Assembly: GCA_963827685.1 (NCBI GenBank)
Contig: CAWHBU010000006.1
Location: 288,001-352,000, forward strand
Direction of reading: 5' to 3'
DNA: 64,000 nt
Origin: an uncultured delta proteobacterium
GTDB taxonomy: Bacteria; Desulfobacterota; BSN033; UBA1163
The notes below the pieces were generated by a model. That model made no database searches, had not been told where the DNA came from, and saw only the letters and a list, made by a program, of their open reading frames with translations. Below are positions 48,030 to 58,357 of the stretch, piece by piece (position 1 is the first letter of the stretch; each line of letters starts with the position of its first letter). The position numbers and the translations under genes were made by a program.

Positions 48030-48883
48030 AGTATCGGTTGATAGAAGAGCACAGAGAGACCTACAAGATAAGGAGTATGAGTGAAGTGTTGAAGGTATCC
48101 AGAAGTGGTTATTATGCGTGGAAGACGCGTCAACCGAGCACACGTCAGAAAGACGATGAGGAGTTGCTGGGGCACATACGGGAGATCCACACTCAAAGCA
48201 GAAGGCTCTATGGGAGTCCGCGGATCGCAGCGGAGCTCAATAAGCAGGGTCTTAGATGTGGGAAGAACCGGGTAGCCAGGATCATGAAAGAGCACTCCAT
48301 ATGGGCAGAAGTGAAGAAAAAGAGATTCAGGCGGACTACCGATTCACGGCATCATTATGCCTTGGCTGCAAACTTACTGATTGACCAGAGGCAGACAGAG
48401 GGGGTATGGGCATCTGATATTACGTTTGTGCCCACTTCTGAGGGATGGCTCTATGTGGCAGCAGTGATGAATGTGAAAAGCAGAAAGATCATTGGGCTGT
48501 CCATGAGCGATAAGCTCTCTCAGGAGCTAGCTTCTGCTGCGCTCAGGGACGCGGTGGGCAGGCAAAGCCCCTCTGAAGGGTTGATCCACCATTCTGATCG
48601 AGGCAGGCAGTATGCAAGCTATGCCTATCAGGAGCTTTTAAGAGAATACGGCATGACTCCTAGTATGAGCAGAAGTGGCAATTGTTATGATAATGCCTAT
48701 GTGGAGTCTTTCTTTGGCACGCTCAAGACGGAGTTGGTCCATGGTGAGCGGTACCGTTCAAGGCTGGAGGCGAGGCTTAGTATTTTTGAGTACGTGGAAG
48801 TGTTTTATAATCGTCAGAGGAGTCATTCGGCATTAGGGTACAGGAGCCCAGAGCAGTATGAAAAGCTCCTTAATGAAACTTAA
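48026..48883 (+). CDS. IS3 transposase OrfB (rve)
   Basis: YGSPR, W.SDIT, HHSDRG and DNA..ESFFGTLK.E motifs. Confidence 0.93.
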   Translation: MKYRLIEEHRETYKIRSMSEVLKVSRSGYYAWKTRQPSTRQKDDEELLGHIREIHTQSRRLYGSPRIAAELNKQGLRCGKNRVARIMKEHSIWAEVKKKRFRRTTDSRHHYALAANLLIDQRQTEGVWASDITFVPTSEGWLYVAAVMNVKSRKIIGLSMSDKLSQELASAALRDAVGRQSPSEGLIHHSDRGRQYASYAYQELLREYGMTPSMSRSGNCYDNAYVESFFGTLKTELVHGERYRSRLEARLSIFEYVEVFYNRQRSHSALGYRSPEQYEKLLNET

Positions 48884-49404
48884 CTATATGTCCACTTTTT
48901 CAGGGGAAGGTCAAGGAATAATTTTGTTATCCCATAACCCAACAGAGCTCCTGCAATGACATCGGTGGGATAATGAACGCCTAAGTAGATTCGAGTCCAT
49001 CCGATGAATGCCGCCACAATGAAAAAAACAACTCGGTATCGCGGAAATCGCTCAGCCAAGAGGGTCGCCATCATAAATGCAAAAGCGGTATGTGCACTCG
49101 GAAAACCGGGGTCGAGAATTTCTCCCGGACCTTTGGAGAGTTTGGAGGCCATCTCCAGAAACAAAAATGGTCTCTGACGTTGAATGAGAAATTTGAGGCT
49201 GTAGATGACTGCCGATTGGGTGCCGTAAAGAAGAACCAAACGGCGAAGAACTTTTCTCTGTCTGGTTATGATCCAACTGAGAATAATAAAGAGGATCACT
49301 GCGAAATGGCTTCCGAGATAGGTGATCCAGGGTATCACCTGATCCAAAACCGGCGTGCTCCACCATCCATTCGCCCACCTTATAAAATCTAATTCCCAAG
49401 CCAT
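48880..49404 (-). CDS. PAP2-family phosphatase, C-terminus replaced by the IS3 end
   Basis: K..RQRP, FPSAH and TRIYLGVHYPTDV motifs. Confidence 0.88.
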   Translation of the reverse strand: MAWELDFIRWANGWWSTPVLDQVIPWITYLGSHFAVILFIILSWIITRQRKVLRRLVLLYGTQSAVIYSLKFLIQRQRPFLFLEMASKLSKGPGEILDPGFPSAHTAFAFMMATLLAERFPRYRVVFFIVAAFIGWTRIYLGVHYPTDVIAGALLGYGITKLFLDLPLKKWTYS

Positions 49405-49451
49405 CTTTTGTTTGCCTTCACTATTCGAATAAATAGAAACATCCAAACATA

Positions 49452-49542
49452 TCCCCTCCCCCTTTGACGGGGGAGGGCGAGGGTGGGGGTGGATACGTCT
49501 TATCCCCCCTCCCCACCATCCCCTCCCGCTAGGGGAGGGGAG
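49452..49542. repeat. CCCCTCCC..GGGAGGG REP doublet
   Basis: Two inverted GC hairpins; relatives at ~23832-23905 and 51081-51311. Confidence 0.65.
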
Positions 49543-49561
49543 AAATCTAAGTTGGTTCATT

Positions 49562-50224
49562 TCATATGGAAAGTTGCGGAATAATATCTGCCAGATTCTT
49601 ACCCTTGATGCAGACACTTGCAATCTGTTCAAGATCCTTGCAGGAAGAATTGAACGCGATGCAAAACCCTACCATGCGAAACATGTCCATATCCCCTTTG
49701 CTATCTCCGATGGCGATCACTTCTTCGGGCTTCACTCCAAATTTTTTGAGAATCTTCCTCACCCATTCTGCTTTCTTATCATAATAGACCCGAATCTTGA
49801 CCCTCCCACTCAATAGTCCATTTTCATGAAGGAGATCATTAGAAACAGAGTAATCAAATCCATATTTCTGATGTACCCAATCGGAAAGGAGAGAAAGTCC
49901 GGAGGAAACCAACGAAAGTTTCAACCCTTTCTGTTTGAGGTAATGGATCAGTTCATTCGCGCCCGGGTGAAAGGGAACCGTCTTGACAATCTCCAGCAGC
50001 TCCTCCACCCTCATTCCCTTCCAAACTTGGGCATCGCGCTCACAAAATTCTTCATAAGAAATCTTCCCGGCCAAAAACTGACTCTGATACCGCTCTGCAA
50101 ACCCGTACCACTTTCCCAATCGCTTATGAATATACTCCCAGATGGATCGTTCCTGGGTAAGTGTCCCATCGAGGTCGAAAGTGGCCAATTTAAATGGTGG
50201 ATTCTTTCTCGTTGACATTGGCAA
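49562..50224 (-). CDS. HAD-IB phosphatase (phosphoserine phosphatase-like)
   Basis: FDLDGTL, VSSG and GDSKGD motifs. Confidence 0.88.
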   Translation of the reverse strand: MPMSTRKNPPFKLATFDLDGTLTQERSIWEYIHKRLGKWYGFAERYQSQFLAGKISYEEFCERDAQVWKGMRVEELLEIVKTVPFHPGANELIHYLKQKGLKLSLVSSGLSLLSDWVHQKYGFDYSVSNDLLHENGLLSGRVKIRVYYDKKAEWVRKILKKFGVKPEEVIAIGDSKGDMDMFRMVGFCIAFNSSCKDLEQIASVCIKGKNLADIIPQLSI

Positions 50225-50319
50225 TATTTCAAAAAGAGGTTTTTCTAAGACCTAAAGCTGTAAGCGGAGATAAATTCTTGGGAGGGTGGGTCATCAACAA
50301 TCTTGCAGGGGTCTCAAAG

Positions 50320-50700
50320 TTAACCTTTAGATAACATACCTACCATCTTTATTTCCTTGATCTTATTCTTTTCATCGACATGAACAATGACAGGCTTGTG
50401 TTTGGCAATCTCTTTTTCTTCATGCTGAGAATAACAGCAGATAATGATGAGGTCTCCTACTGAAACCAGCCTGGCAGCAGCCCCGTTCAAACCGATTTCA
50501 CCCTTGCCACGGTCGCCCCTCATGACATAAGTCGAAAATCTTTGTCCATTGGTGATATTGTAGATATCCACTTTTTCATATTCAATGAGTTTTGCAACAT
50601 CCATGAGTTCCTTGTCAATGGTAATGCTCCCCTCATAATCAATATCGGCTCTCGTAACGGTTGCCCTATGGATCTTCGATTTGAGCATACTGATGATCAC
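50320..50700 (-). CDS. panD: Aspartate 1-decarboxylase
   Basis: KSKIHRA, YEG/SITID cleavage site, NGAAAR. Confidence 0.96.
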   Translation of the reverse strand: MIISMLKSKIHRATVTRADIDYEGSITIDKELMDVAKLIEYEKVDIYNITNGQRFSTYVMRGDRGKGEIGLNGAAARLVSVGDLIIICCYSQHEEKEIAKHKPVIVHVDEKNKIKEIKMVGMLSKG

Positions 50701-50705
50701 TGCGC

Positions 50706-50825
50706 TTACCTCCCGATGATAGTGTGATCGATGAGTCTAACAGACTTAACCATTGCCGCAACGACCACTACTGCATGTTTCTTACATTCACAACTCTTTC
50801 AGGCGTCTCAGCGTCTCTGATTTCC
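50706..50825 (-). pseudogene. panC: 3' remnant of pantothenate synthetase
   Basis: IRDAETPERV, then after a frameshift HAVVVVAAMVKSVRLIDHTII*, matching the PanC C-terminal RLIDN motif; directly before panD. Confidence 0.65.
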
Positions 50826-51080
50826 CCCTATCGAAAAGAAACGCCTTTCACAGGCTCATTGAAATTATAAGTCCTTTTCTCTCCAAAATCAACTAACTCT
50901 TCCGCTTTCACAAAAGATCAATAAAGAACTGTTACCCTTTATCTGCAAACATTATTCCTTATCGCTTCCACCAACAGGGTACCTTTTTCGTAAGGACGAC
51001 GGACTAATAGGTACCCGATTTCTCTACTTCTGTCAAGGGCGGACGGCCATCCCAATAATAGACATTGACTCAATCCAGTT

Positions 51081-51311
51081 CCCCCTCTCCCTTGATGCCT
51101 GCCTGCGGGAAGCCGCTTCGGCGAAGGCAGGGGAGAGGGCTGGGTCGCCGACGCGCCATAGCCTGCCTTCGCCGAAACGCTCTCGCTTGCCGGAGAACTT
51201 GTTCGGCCAGCAGGTCGTGCAGGCAGGCCGCTTTGGCGACGGCGCGGTGAGGGTGCATTATCACCTTTTTTATCCCCCTCCCCTTAATCCCCTCCCACCA
51301 GGGGAGGGGAG
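51081..51311. repeat. REP doublet with nested CCTGCC hairpins
   Basis: CCCCTCTCCC..GGAGAGGG interrupted by CCTGCC..GGCAGG units. Confidence 0.65.
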
Positions 51312-51392
51312 TTTTTGGGGTTTGTCTTTTTCAATTTCTATTTTTCGGGAGCCATTAAAAGTATTGCCTCAGTTATCCGTGTCGGTGATACC

Positions 51393-52184
51393 TCATGATT
51401 TCAATGCCTTGGCAAAAGAAGAGATGAAATCCCTTACCATGTCGGTTAACTCCGGGTTTTTTAGGTTTTCCTCGATCATCTTCACAATCGCACTTCCTAC
51501 AATGACGCCGTCAGCGAAAAGGCTGATCCTTTTCGCCTGCTCTGGAGTGGAGATGCCGAAACCAACAGCCACCCGTTTTTTGCTCTGCTCCTTTATTCCC
51601 TTGACAGCCCGCTCCAGCTCATCCGGCAAATTCTCCCTCGCTCCGGTGACGCCCGTTACGGAGACATAATAGATGAACCCCTCGCTGCATCGGCTCACCA
51701 ATTTTATTCGGTCCGGCGGGCTGGTTGGAGCGACGAGAAAAATAGTATCTAAACCCGTTCTCCGAGCCTCTCCCATCCATGGCCCTGCTTCTTCAGGAGG
51801 AAGGTCGGGAATGATCACGCCATCAATTCCGCTTTGTCCACAGCCTTCAGCGAACTCCTTTAAGCCGTAGTGAAAAACAGGATTGAAATAGGTCATCAGG
51901 ACTAGAGGAGTGGTAATCCCTTTCAATCTCTCCGCCAAGGAGAATATATCTTTCAGGTTGACCCCATTTTGCAGGGCACGCTGGGAAGCAGCTTGAATGG
52001 TCGGTCCATCTGCGAGGGGATCGGAAAAAGGAACGCCCAACTCAATAATATCTGCTCCAGCCTCAGCCATTTTTAGGACCAATGCCTCTGTCGTCTTGAG
52101 ATCAGGGTCACCCGCAACCACAAAAGGAATTAAGGCTGCCCTCTTATTTTTGAGCCCTTTAAATACCGTCTCAATCCTGTTCAT
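51393..52184 (-). CDS. trpA: Tryptophan synthase alpha chain
   Basis: [21 protein letters not shown] and VGFGI motifs. Confidence 0.97.
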   Translation of the reverse strand: MNRIETVFKGLKNKRAALIPFVVAGDPDLKTTEALVLKMAEAGADIIELGVPFSDPLADGPTIQAASQRALQNGVNLKDIFSLAERLKGITTPLVLMTYFNPVFHYGLKEFAEGCGQSGIDGVIIPDLPPEEAGPWMGEARRTGLDTIFLVAPTSPPDRIKLVSRCSEGFIYYVSVTGVTGARENLPDELERAVKGIKEQSKKRVAVGFGISTPEQAKRISLFADGVIVGSAIVKMIEENLKNPELTDMVRDFISSFAKALKS

Positions 52185-53374
52185 AGCTCCACTCCGATCT
52201 TGGCGGCGATTGAAGGAACATCCTTGTCCCCGCGGCCTGAAAGGTTGACGATGATCACCTGGTCTTTTCTTAAAGCGGGGGCTAATTTAAAGACATGGGC
52301 AAGGGCATGCGCGCTCTCAAGGGCCGGAAGGATGCCTTCTGTTTTTGAAAGGAGGTGGAATGCCTTTAGGGCTTCTTCGTCTGTGACGGTTACATATTCA
52401 GCCCTTTTGTTCTCTTTGAAAAAGGCATGCTCCGGCCCCACCCCCGGATAGTCTAAGCCGGGCGCAAAAGAATAGGTCTCCAGGATATTTCCAGAATCAT
52501 TCTGAAGGATGTAACTCATGCTTCCATGAAGGGTTCCTATTTCGCCGGCACAGAGGGATGCTGCATGGCTTCCCGTATCCACTCCCAAACCCGCCGCTTC
52601 TACTCCAATGAAATGTACGCTGTCTTTGAAGAAGGGATAGAAGAGGCCCATCGCATTGCTTCCTCCCCCCACACAGGCCACTAGATAATCAGGAAGACGG
52701 CCCTCTTTCTCCAGCACTTGCTTCTTTGCTTCCTTGCCAATGATCGATTGAAAATCTCTCACCATCATGGGATAGGGATGAGGTCCAACCACAGAGCCGA
52801 TGAGATAGTAAGTATCCTGGACATGGGTAACCCAATCCCGGATGGCCTCGTTGATGGCATCTTTCAATGTCTTGCTCCCGGATGAAACAGGGATGACCTC
52901 AGCCCCCAAGAGTTTCATCCTGAAGACATTCGGGGATTGTCGCTGGATGTCCTCCTCCCCCATATAAACGACGCATTTCAATCCAAAGAGAGCCGCTGCC
53001 GTGGCCGTGGCGACACCATGCTGACCCGCTCCGGTCTCAGCAATCACCCTCTTCTTTCCCATCCTTTTGACCAGCATCGCTTGCCCCAGCGTATTGTTGA
53101 TCTTATGAGCGCCTGTATGCGTCAAGTCTTCCCGTTTAAGGTAGATCCTTGCCCCCTTCAACTCCTCGGTCAGTCTTTCTGCAAAATAAAGTGGCGTGGG
53201 TCTCCCAACATAGTCTTTCAAATAGGACGTCAATTCACTCCGAAAGAGAGGATCTTTTCTTATAGAAAGGTAAGCCCTCTCTAATTCCTGGAGGGGAGCC
53301 ATGAGTGTCTCGGGGACAAACTTGCCCCCAAAAATTCCAAAATGTCCTCTTCTATCTGGAAGATTTTTTTGCAT
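52181..53374 (-). CDS. trpB: Tryptophan synthase beta chain
   Basis: [18 protein letters not shown] and GGGSN motifs. Confidence 0.97.
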   Translation of the reverse strand: MQKNLPDRRGHFGIFGGKFVPETLMAPLQELERAYLSIRKDPLFRSELTSYLKDYVGRPTPLYFAERLTEELKGARIYLKREDLTHTGAHKINNTLGQAMLVKRMGKKRVIAETGAGQHGVATATAAALFGLKCVVYMGEEDIQRQSPNVFRMKLLGAEVIPVSSGSKTLKDAINEAIRDWVTHVQDTYYLIGSVVGPHPYPMMVRDFQSIIGKEAKKQVLEKEGRLPDYLVACVGGGSNAMGLFYPFFKDSVHFIGVEAAGLGVDTGSHAASLCAGEIGTLHGSMSYILQNDSGNILETYSFAPGLDYPGVGPEHAFFKENKRAEYVTVTDEEALKAFHLLSKTEGILPALESAHALAHVFKLAPALRKDQVIIVNLSGRGDKDVPSIAAKIGVEL

Positions 53375-53431
53375 GAATGGTTGCCTCTTTTCTGGTCATC
53401 CCCTGCCCTCTTCAATACAAGGGGATTCTTT

Positions 53432-54133
53432 TCACCTCTTATTCCCATGGAATATGTTTATTTCACTCACAACATCTTTATGCTCGCCTGAACTTCCTAT
53501 GTTACCGGATATCATTTGATCTGTCTCACGCACAATCTTCATGATCTCTCTTATTTTGTTTGGGTCTTTCTTTCCGGGCGAGGTCTCAACACCACTATTG
53601 ATGTCTACTGCCTGAGGTCTCACCGTCTCTATGGCCTCCCTTATATTCTCCCTATTCAAGCCGCCGGCAAGGATGAGCGCATGTGTTTCCTTGACCTTTA
53701 TCGCTAGTCTCCAATCCGAATTTTTTCCTGTCCCTCCATAATGGCCTGCATCGCGTGCATCCATTAGGATAGCCGCTACAGGATAATTTCTTAGTGCTTG
53801 TATCTCTTTTTCTGTCTGGCAAAAAACAGCCTTGATCAGAGAAGATATGGGGAATTGGGCACAGTATTCAGGGGATTCATCCCCGTGGAGTTGAATCAGA
53901 TTGAGACCGCAAAATTGAGCGATTTCCTTGACCTCTTGTATCTCGTGATTGACGAAGACTCCCACTCGAATGATCTCAGAGGGAAGTTTCTGATTCATCT
54001 CTTTTGCCTTCGCCGGCGCTACGTACCTTTGACTCTTCGGATAAAAAATAAACCCAAGAGCATCCACCCCGCACTCGGCAGCCGTACAGGCATCGTTGAT
54101 ATTGGTGATCCCGCAGATTTTAACCTTGACCAT
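53432..54133 (-). CDS. trpF: Phosphoribosylanthranilate isomerase
   Basis: VKICGIT, QLHGDE, GGTG, LAGGL and SGVE motifs. Confidence 0.95.
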   Translation of the reverse strand: MVKVKICGITNINDACTAAECGVDALGFIFYPKSQRYVAPAKAKEMNQKLPSEIIRVGVFVNHEIQEVKEIAQFCGLNLIQLHGDESPEYCAQFPISSLIKAVFCQTEKEIQALRNYPVAAILMDARDAGHYGGTGKNSDWRLAIKVKETHALILAGGLNRENIREAIETVRPQAVDINSGVETSPGKKDPNKIREIMKIVRETDQMISGNIGSSGEHKDVVSEINIFHGNKR

Positions 54134-54926
54134 CTGGTCCTCCGATCTGGCTGCCGGAATCCACCAACTCCCTTGTCTTTCTGGCCATATCTTTGCTCTC
54201 CATAAGGGAAGTTCCCACCAGAACGGACCGAATGCCGCTTCTTCCCAACAATTGGATATCCTCTTTATCAGAGATGCCACTTTCACTCACAAGGATGCGC
54301 CCCTTTGGAACCAGGCGGGCCAGATCGAGCGTGGTGCAAAGAGAGACTTCGAAGGTGTCGAGGTTCCGGTTATTGATTCCGATCACTTCCGCCCCGCAAT
54401 CGTACGCCTTTTCAAGATCGTCATGATTATGGATTTCAGTCAGAGGGGTCAGGTCCAACTCCTTACTGAAGACGAGTAATTCTTTCAATTGATCTTTTGA
54501 CAGGATACGGGCAATGAGAAGCACCGCGTCTGCACCATAGAGGTACGATTCCCTGACCTGGATTTCATCGATGATAAAGTCCTTACGCAATATCGGCAGA
54601 GAAATTGCTTTTTTAAGAAGTGGAAGATCATCCAGATTTCCCCCAAAAAACCGATGATCGGTAAGAAGAGAGATAGCTACCGCCCCGGCATCCTCATAAA
54701 TTCGGCCAATCGTGCACGGGTCCATTTTTTCACGGATAACGCCCGCGGAAGGAGAAGCGAACTTGATCTCGGCAATGATACCGATCCGACCTGGCATGGA
54801 GATGGCGGCCTTAAAATCACGCAAACGAGGCAGGTCGTTATTTCTTACGGCGGGTACTCCCCTCTTTTTTAACGCTTCGACCTCAATCTGTTTATGGGCC
54901 ATGATCTCTTTCATCTTCAAGTGCAT
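54120..54926 (-). CDS. trpC: Indole-3-glycerol phosphate synthase
   Basis: IAEIK.ASPS, LRKDF, GINNRNL and VSESGI motifs. Confidence 0.96.
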   Translation of the reverse strand: MHLKMKEIMAHKQIEVEALKKRGVPAVRNNDLPRLRDFKAAISMPGRIGIIAEIKFASPSAGVIREKMDPCTIGRIYEDAGAVAISLLTDHRFFGGNLDDLPLLKKAISLPILRKDFIIDEIQVRESYLYGADAVLLIARILSKDQLKELLVFSKELDLTPLTEIHNHDDLEKAYDCGAEVIGINNRNLDTFEVSLCTTLDLARLVPKGRILVSESGISDKEDIQLLGRSGIRSVLVGTSLMESKDMARKTRELVDSGSQIGGPDGQG

Positions 54927-54950
54927 AAGAAAACCCCTCATCACCTGTCG

Positions 54951-56018
54951 TTAAACGCGGTGCGTGAACTGTTGTGTCAGGGCGGCAAGCCTTTCGAGTT
55001 TTTCCATCGCCTTGCCTGAATCAATGGAGTCTTGCGCCCGTTTGATACCCTCTTTGAAATGGTTATCCAGACCCACCGCCATAAAGGCCGCTGCCGTGTT
55101 GAGCAGGACGATGTCTCTCTTCGGGCTTTTTTGGCCGCTTAGGATCTCTCGGATCACCTGGGCATTCACAAGGGCATTTCCTCCCCGTATTTCCTCCGGG
55201 TCCGCCCTTTTCAGTCCAACTTCTTCTGGGGTCAGGTTAAACGTCTTGACCTCTCCCTGTTTGAGATGAGAGATCCGGGTAGGACCGCAGATGCTGATTT
55301 CGTCAAATGTCCCTTCTCCGCATACGACAAAAGCTTCCTTCGTTCCAAGTCTATTCAGCACATGAGCCATCTTTTCTGTCAGGGCCGGGTCGTAAACCCC
55401 TAAGACCTGGGCAGAGGCCCCAGCAGGATTGGTCAGGGGGCCCAGGAGATTAAAAATAGTCCGGATCCCTATTTCCCGGCGCGGACCGGCGGCGTGTTTC
55501 ATGGCGCCGTGAAAAAGAGGAGCAAAAAGAAACCCGATTCCGATCTCCCGGATGCATGTCTCCACATCAGCAGGGGTGATGTCCAATTTGATTCCAAGAT
55601 CTTCGATCACATCCGCACTTCCGCACTGGCTGGAGACGGCCCGATTGCCATGTTTGGCAACCCTCGCGCCTGCTCCTGCGGCCACAAATGCACAGGCCGT
55701 GGAGATATTAAAGGTGTTGGTGCCATCCCCTCCCGTGCCGCAGGTATCGAGGATGGTTTCATCTTCGATATTGATCTCGTCCCGATCCATGCTTACCTGT
55801 TGATCCTTCGAGAAGATTCTGACCGCCTTTGCCCGCATCACCCGGGCCGCACCGGTAATCTCATCTACCGTCTCCCCTTTCATCCTGAGGGCGGTAACAA
55901 ATGAACCGATCTGGGCAGGCGTTGCTGCGCCGGTCATAATCTCTTCCATAACCTGTTCCATCTCAACCTCTTTCAGGTGCTCCCCTCTGACCACCCTTGC
56001 AATGGCCTCTTTGATCAT
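54951..56018 (-). CDS. trpD: Anthranilate phosphoribosyltransferase (canonical)
   Basis: DTCGTGGDG.NTFNIST, KHGNR and FNLLGPL.NP motifs. Confidence 0.95.
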   Translation of the reverse strand: MIKEAIARVVRGEHLKEVEMEQVMEEIMTGAATPAQIGSFVTALRMKGETVDEITGAARVMRAKAVRIFSKDQQVSMDRDEINIEDETILDTCGTGGDGTNTFNISTACAFVAAGAGARVAKHGNRAVSSQCGSADVIEDLGIKLDITPADVETCIREIGIGFLFAPLFHGAMKHAAGPRREIGIRTIFNLLGPLTNPAGASAQVLGVYDPALTEKMAHVLNRLGTKEAFVVCGEGTFDEISICGPTRISHLKQGEVKTFNLTPEEVGLKRADPEEIRGGNALVNAQVIREILSGQKSPKRDIVLLNTAAAFMAVGLDNHFKEGIKRAQDSIDSGKAMEKLERLAALTQQFTHRV

Positions 56019-56076
56019 GATTTTGTTCCTCCTCTCGCTTCGGGGTAATGTTTTCCTCAAACAATTGGATTGAGTG

Positions 56077-56288
56077 AACTCTCCATTACATAAAACATTT
56101 CAAAAAGGCTATTGGGTGGGCTAAAAAAGCTTTACAGTGGAACCTTTACCGTCTTGCTACAGGGCTTCCAACCACTTTACGGGAACCACCTTGGGTAATA
56201 TCGCATGTTCCCTATCAAACATAGTGAAGAACCACTTGGTAAAGATTTGGAAGCCCACCCAATAGCCTTATCAATGCAACATCTGGGT
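56077..56288. mobile_element. MITE, ACC..GTTGCAT family
   Basis: AAGGCTATTGGGTGGGCT inverted repeats; right end AATGCAACATCTGGGT. Confidence 0.6.
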
Positions 56289-56312
56289 TACGTCAAACCT
56301 GCTCCCCATCCA

Positions 56313-57512
56313 TCAAACCATTTTTTCTTTATGGTACATTCTGAATAACTCCCGGCCGATAATCATCTTTTGAATGTTAGAGGTTCCTTCGAGATATTCC
56401 ATTCCCCGAGCATCCGCACTGAGCTGGTTGATCAGCTCATTTCTGAAGTAACCTCTTCCGCCCATTAACACCTGCGCCTTGGTGGCCACCTCCATCACCA
56501 CTTGGGAGGCGAATAGCTTTGCTTGAGAGGAGCTCATCCTATAGTAGGAGGTGCCAACTTGCTTCAGGGCATGAAGGCATAACCCCCTCGCGGCGTTGAT
56601 TCGAGTGAACATCTCCGAGATTTGAAAACTGATATCCTGGCTGCTGGTCAAGGGATGATCGAATTGCCTTCTTTGATGGGCATAATGATAGAGTTCGCGA
56701 AAAATCCGGTAAGCCAAACCACAGCAGATGCCGGCAATATGAATTCTTCCCCGATCGATGACATCGAGGGTCAAGACCAGGCCCATTCCTTCATTCCCCA
56801 CCAGATGCTTAGCGGGGACAGGAGAATCTTTAAAAATGAGTTGTCCCGTCGGTAAGATGTTCAACCCGTCTTTATCGGGCAATCCCTTGATGGTGAAGCC
56901 TGGCAAATCATTCTCCACAATAAACACGCTCAAGGAACGGGGGCCCAGGACACCCTTCGTGTTGGCGAGAATGGCATAAAAGCGAGCCAAGCCACTGTTC
57001 GAGATAAAGATTTTCTCTCCATTAAACAGGTAATGCGGACCCACTCTCTCTGCCCTCAAGCCGACGGCACTTGCATCCGATCCTGCCTTTTCTTCCGTGA
57101 TGGCAATGGCTCCAAAATCCCCTTCTGCCATCTTCGGGAGATACTCTTCCTTTTGTTGTCCCGTGCCACTGAGTATGATATCGATCGCGCGTCCATGGGA
57201 TACAAAAATGATGCCCAGCCCCGGAGAAGCGTAACCCAGGAGTTCCATCATAAAGTAGATCTCCTGCTCAGAGGTCTTTTCTCCTCCATATTCCGGGGGG
57301 ACAAAGAGTTTGAAAAAATGCGCCTCTTTTAAACCGGAAACGATTCGATCCCACTCCTTTGGGAAGACAGCTTGGTGGTTCTCTATCTTTGTCTCCAGAA
57401 AAGAATAGGTGGGAAGGATCAACTCTTTAAGGAGAGCAATAAAACGATTCACATATTTTTTCTCCCTCCAGCCGGGATGAAAAGAATCAAAGATATTCAC
57501 CAGATTTTCCAT
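56313..57512 (-). CDS. Acyl-CoA dehydrogenase-family protein inside the trp operon
   Basis: TEEKAGSD, NGEKIFISN, R.QF, GGRGY and EGTSNIQ motifs. Confidence 0.9.
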   Translation of the reverse strand: MENLVNIFDSFHPGWREKKYVNRFIALLKELILPTYSFLETKIENHQAVFPKEWDRIVSGLKEAHFFKLFVPPEYGGEKTSEQEIYFMMELLGYASPGLGIIFVSHGRAIDIILSGTGQQKEEYLPKMAEGDFGAIAITEEKAGSDASAVGLRAERVGPHYLFNGEKIFISNSGLARFYAILANTKGVLGPRSLSVFIVENDLPGFTIKGLPDKDGLNILPTGQLIFKDSPVPAKHLVGNEGMGLVLTLDVIDRGRIHIAGICCGLAYRIFRELYHYAHQRRQFDHPLTSSQDISFQISEMFTRINAARGLCLHALKQVGTSYYRMSSSQAKLFASQVVMEVATKAQVLMGGRGYFRNELINQLSADARGMEYLEGTSNIQKMIIGRELFRMYHKEKMV

Positions 57513-57556
57513 CGCCTCAGCCTCCTTTAAATGGGCATAGAATGAAAATCTGTAAC

Positions 57557-57800
57557 ACTTTAGCGCTTTGAAAAATCCGCCAATGTGACACCGGTTTCCG
57601 CTAAGGACGGGATTGGAAAAGTTTTAGAGCGGAAACCTTTTACCGGTTCATTCAGTTGGCTCCAATGGCATGGCAGCGTTTCGCTCACTCTCACCGTTTC
57701 AAAACCGTAAAATATGAAAGACCGCATTCTAAAACTTTGGAAGTCCCGGCCTTGGCGGGAACAAAGGGACAAATGGCACTCCATTTCAAGGCGCTAAAGT
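57557..57800. mobile_element. MITE with ACTTTAGCGCYTTGAAA TIRs
   Basis: 17-bp inverted ends (1 mismatch), AC on both flanks; supplies the trpG stop codon. Confidence 0.65.
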
Positions 57801-58357
57801 ACTACGAAATTCTTAATAATAGAGCTCCCGAATGGCGTCAAAATCGATTCCGGATGAAATTGCACCCCTTCCACCTTATGTTTTCGGTGTCTCAACCCCA
57901 TGATCTCCCCTTCCTCTGTCCAGGCGCTTATTTCAAGACATTCCGGCAGCGCCTTTCTATCTACAATAAGAGAGTGGTAACGAGTTGCCTCAAAGGGATT
58001 GGGCAGGCCGCTGTAAATGGTTTGACCATCGTGAAAAATGGGGGAGGTCTTGCCATGTCTGATCCGTTCGGCCCTGATCACGTTGCCACCAAAGGCATAG
58101 CCAATGGCCTGATGCCCCAAGCAGACGCCCATGATGGGAATGGATTGATGAAACTGCCTGATCACTTCAACCGTAATTCCTGCCTCCTTAGGTGATCGAG
58201 GGCCAGGAGAAAGGAAGATAGAAGTCGGTTTTAAATTCCTAATGTCTTCAAGGGAGACGGCATCATTCCGTAGGACGACCACTTCTTCCCCAACCCGGGC
58301 GATATCATGGAAGAGATTGTAGGTGAAAGAATCATAATTATCGATCAAGAGAATCAT
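57794..58357 (-). CDS. trpG: Anthranilate synthase component II
   Basis: IDNYDSFT, SPGP, GVCLGHQ and QFHPES motifs. Confidence 0.95.
   Translation of the reverse strand: MILLIDNYDSFTYNLFHDIARVGEEVVVLRNDAVSLEDIRNLKPTSIFLSPGPRSPKEAGITVEVIRQFHQSIPIMGVCLGHQAIGYAFGGNVIRAERIRHGKTSPIFHDGQTIYSGLPNPFEATRYHSLIVDRKALPECLEISAWTEEGEIMGLRHRKHKVEGVQFHPESILTPFGSSIIKNFVVL

Larger units (their letters stand above)
47672..48913. mobile_element. IS3-family element
   Basis: TGACCTTCCCC / GGGGAAGGTCA TIRs, 3-bp TSD AGG, A7G slippery site at 47990-47997. Confidence 0.92.
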
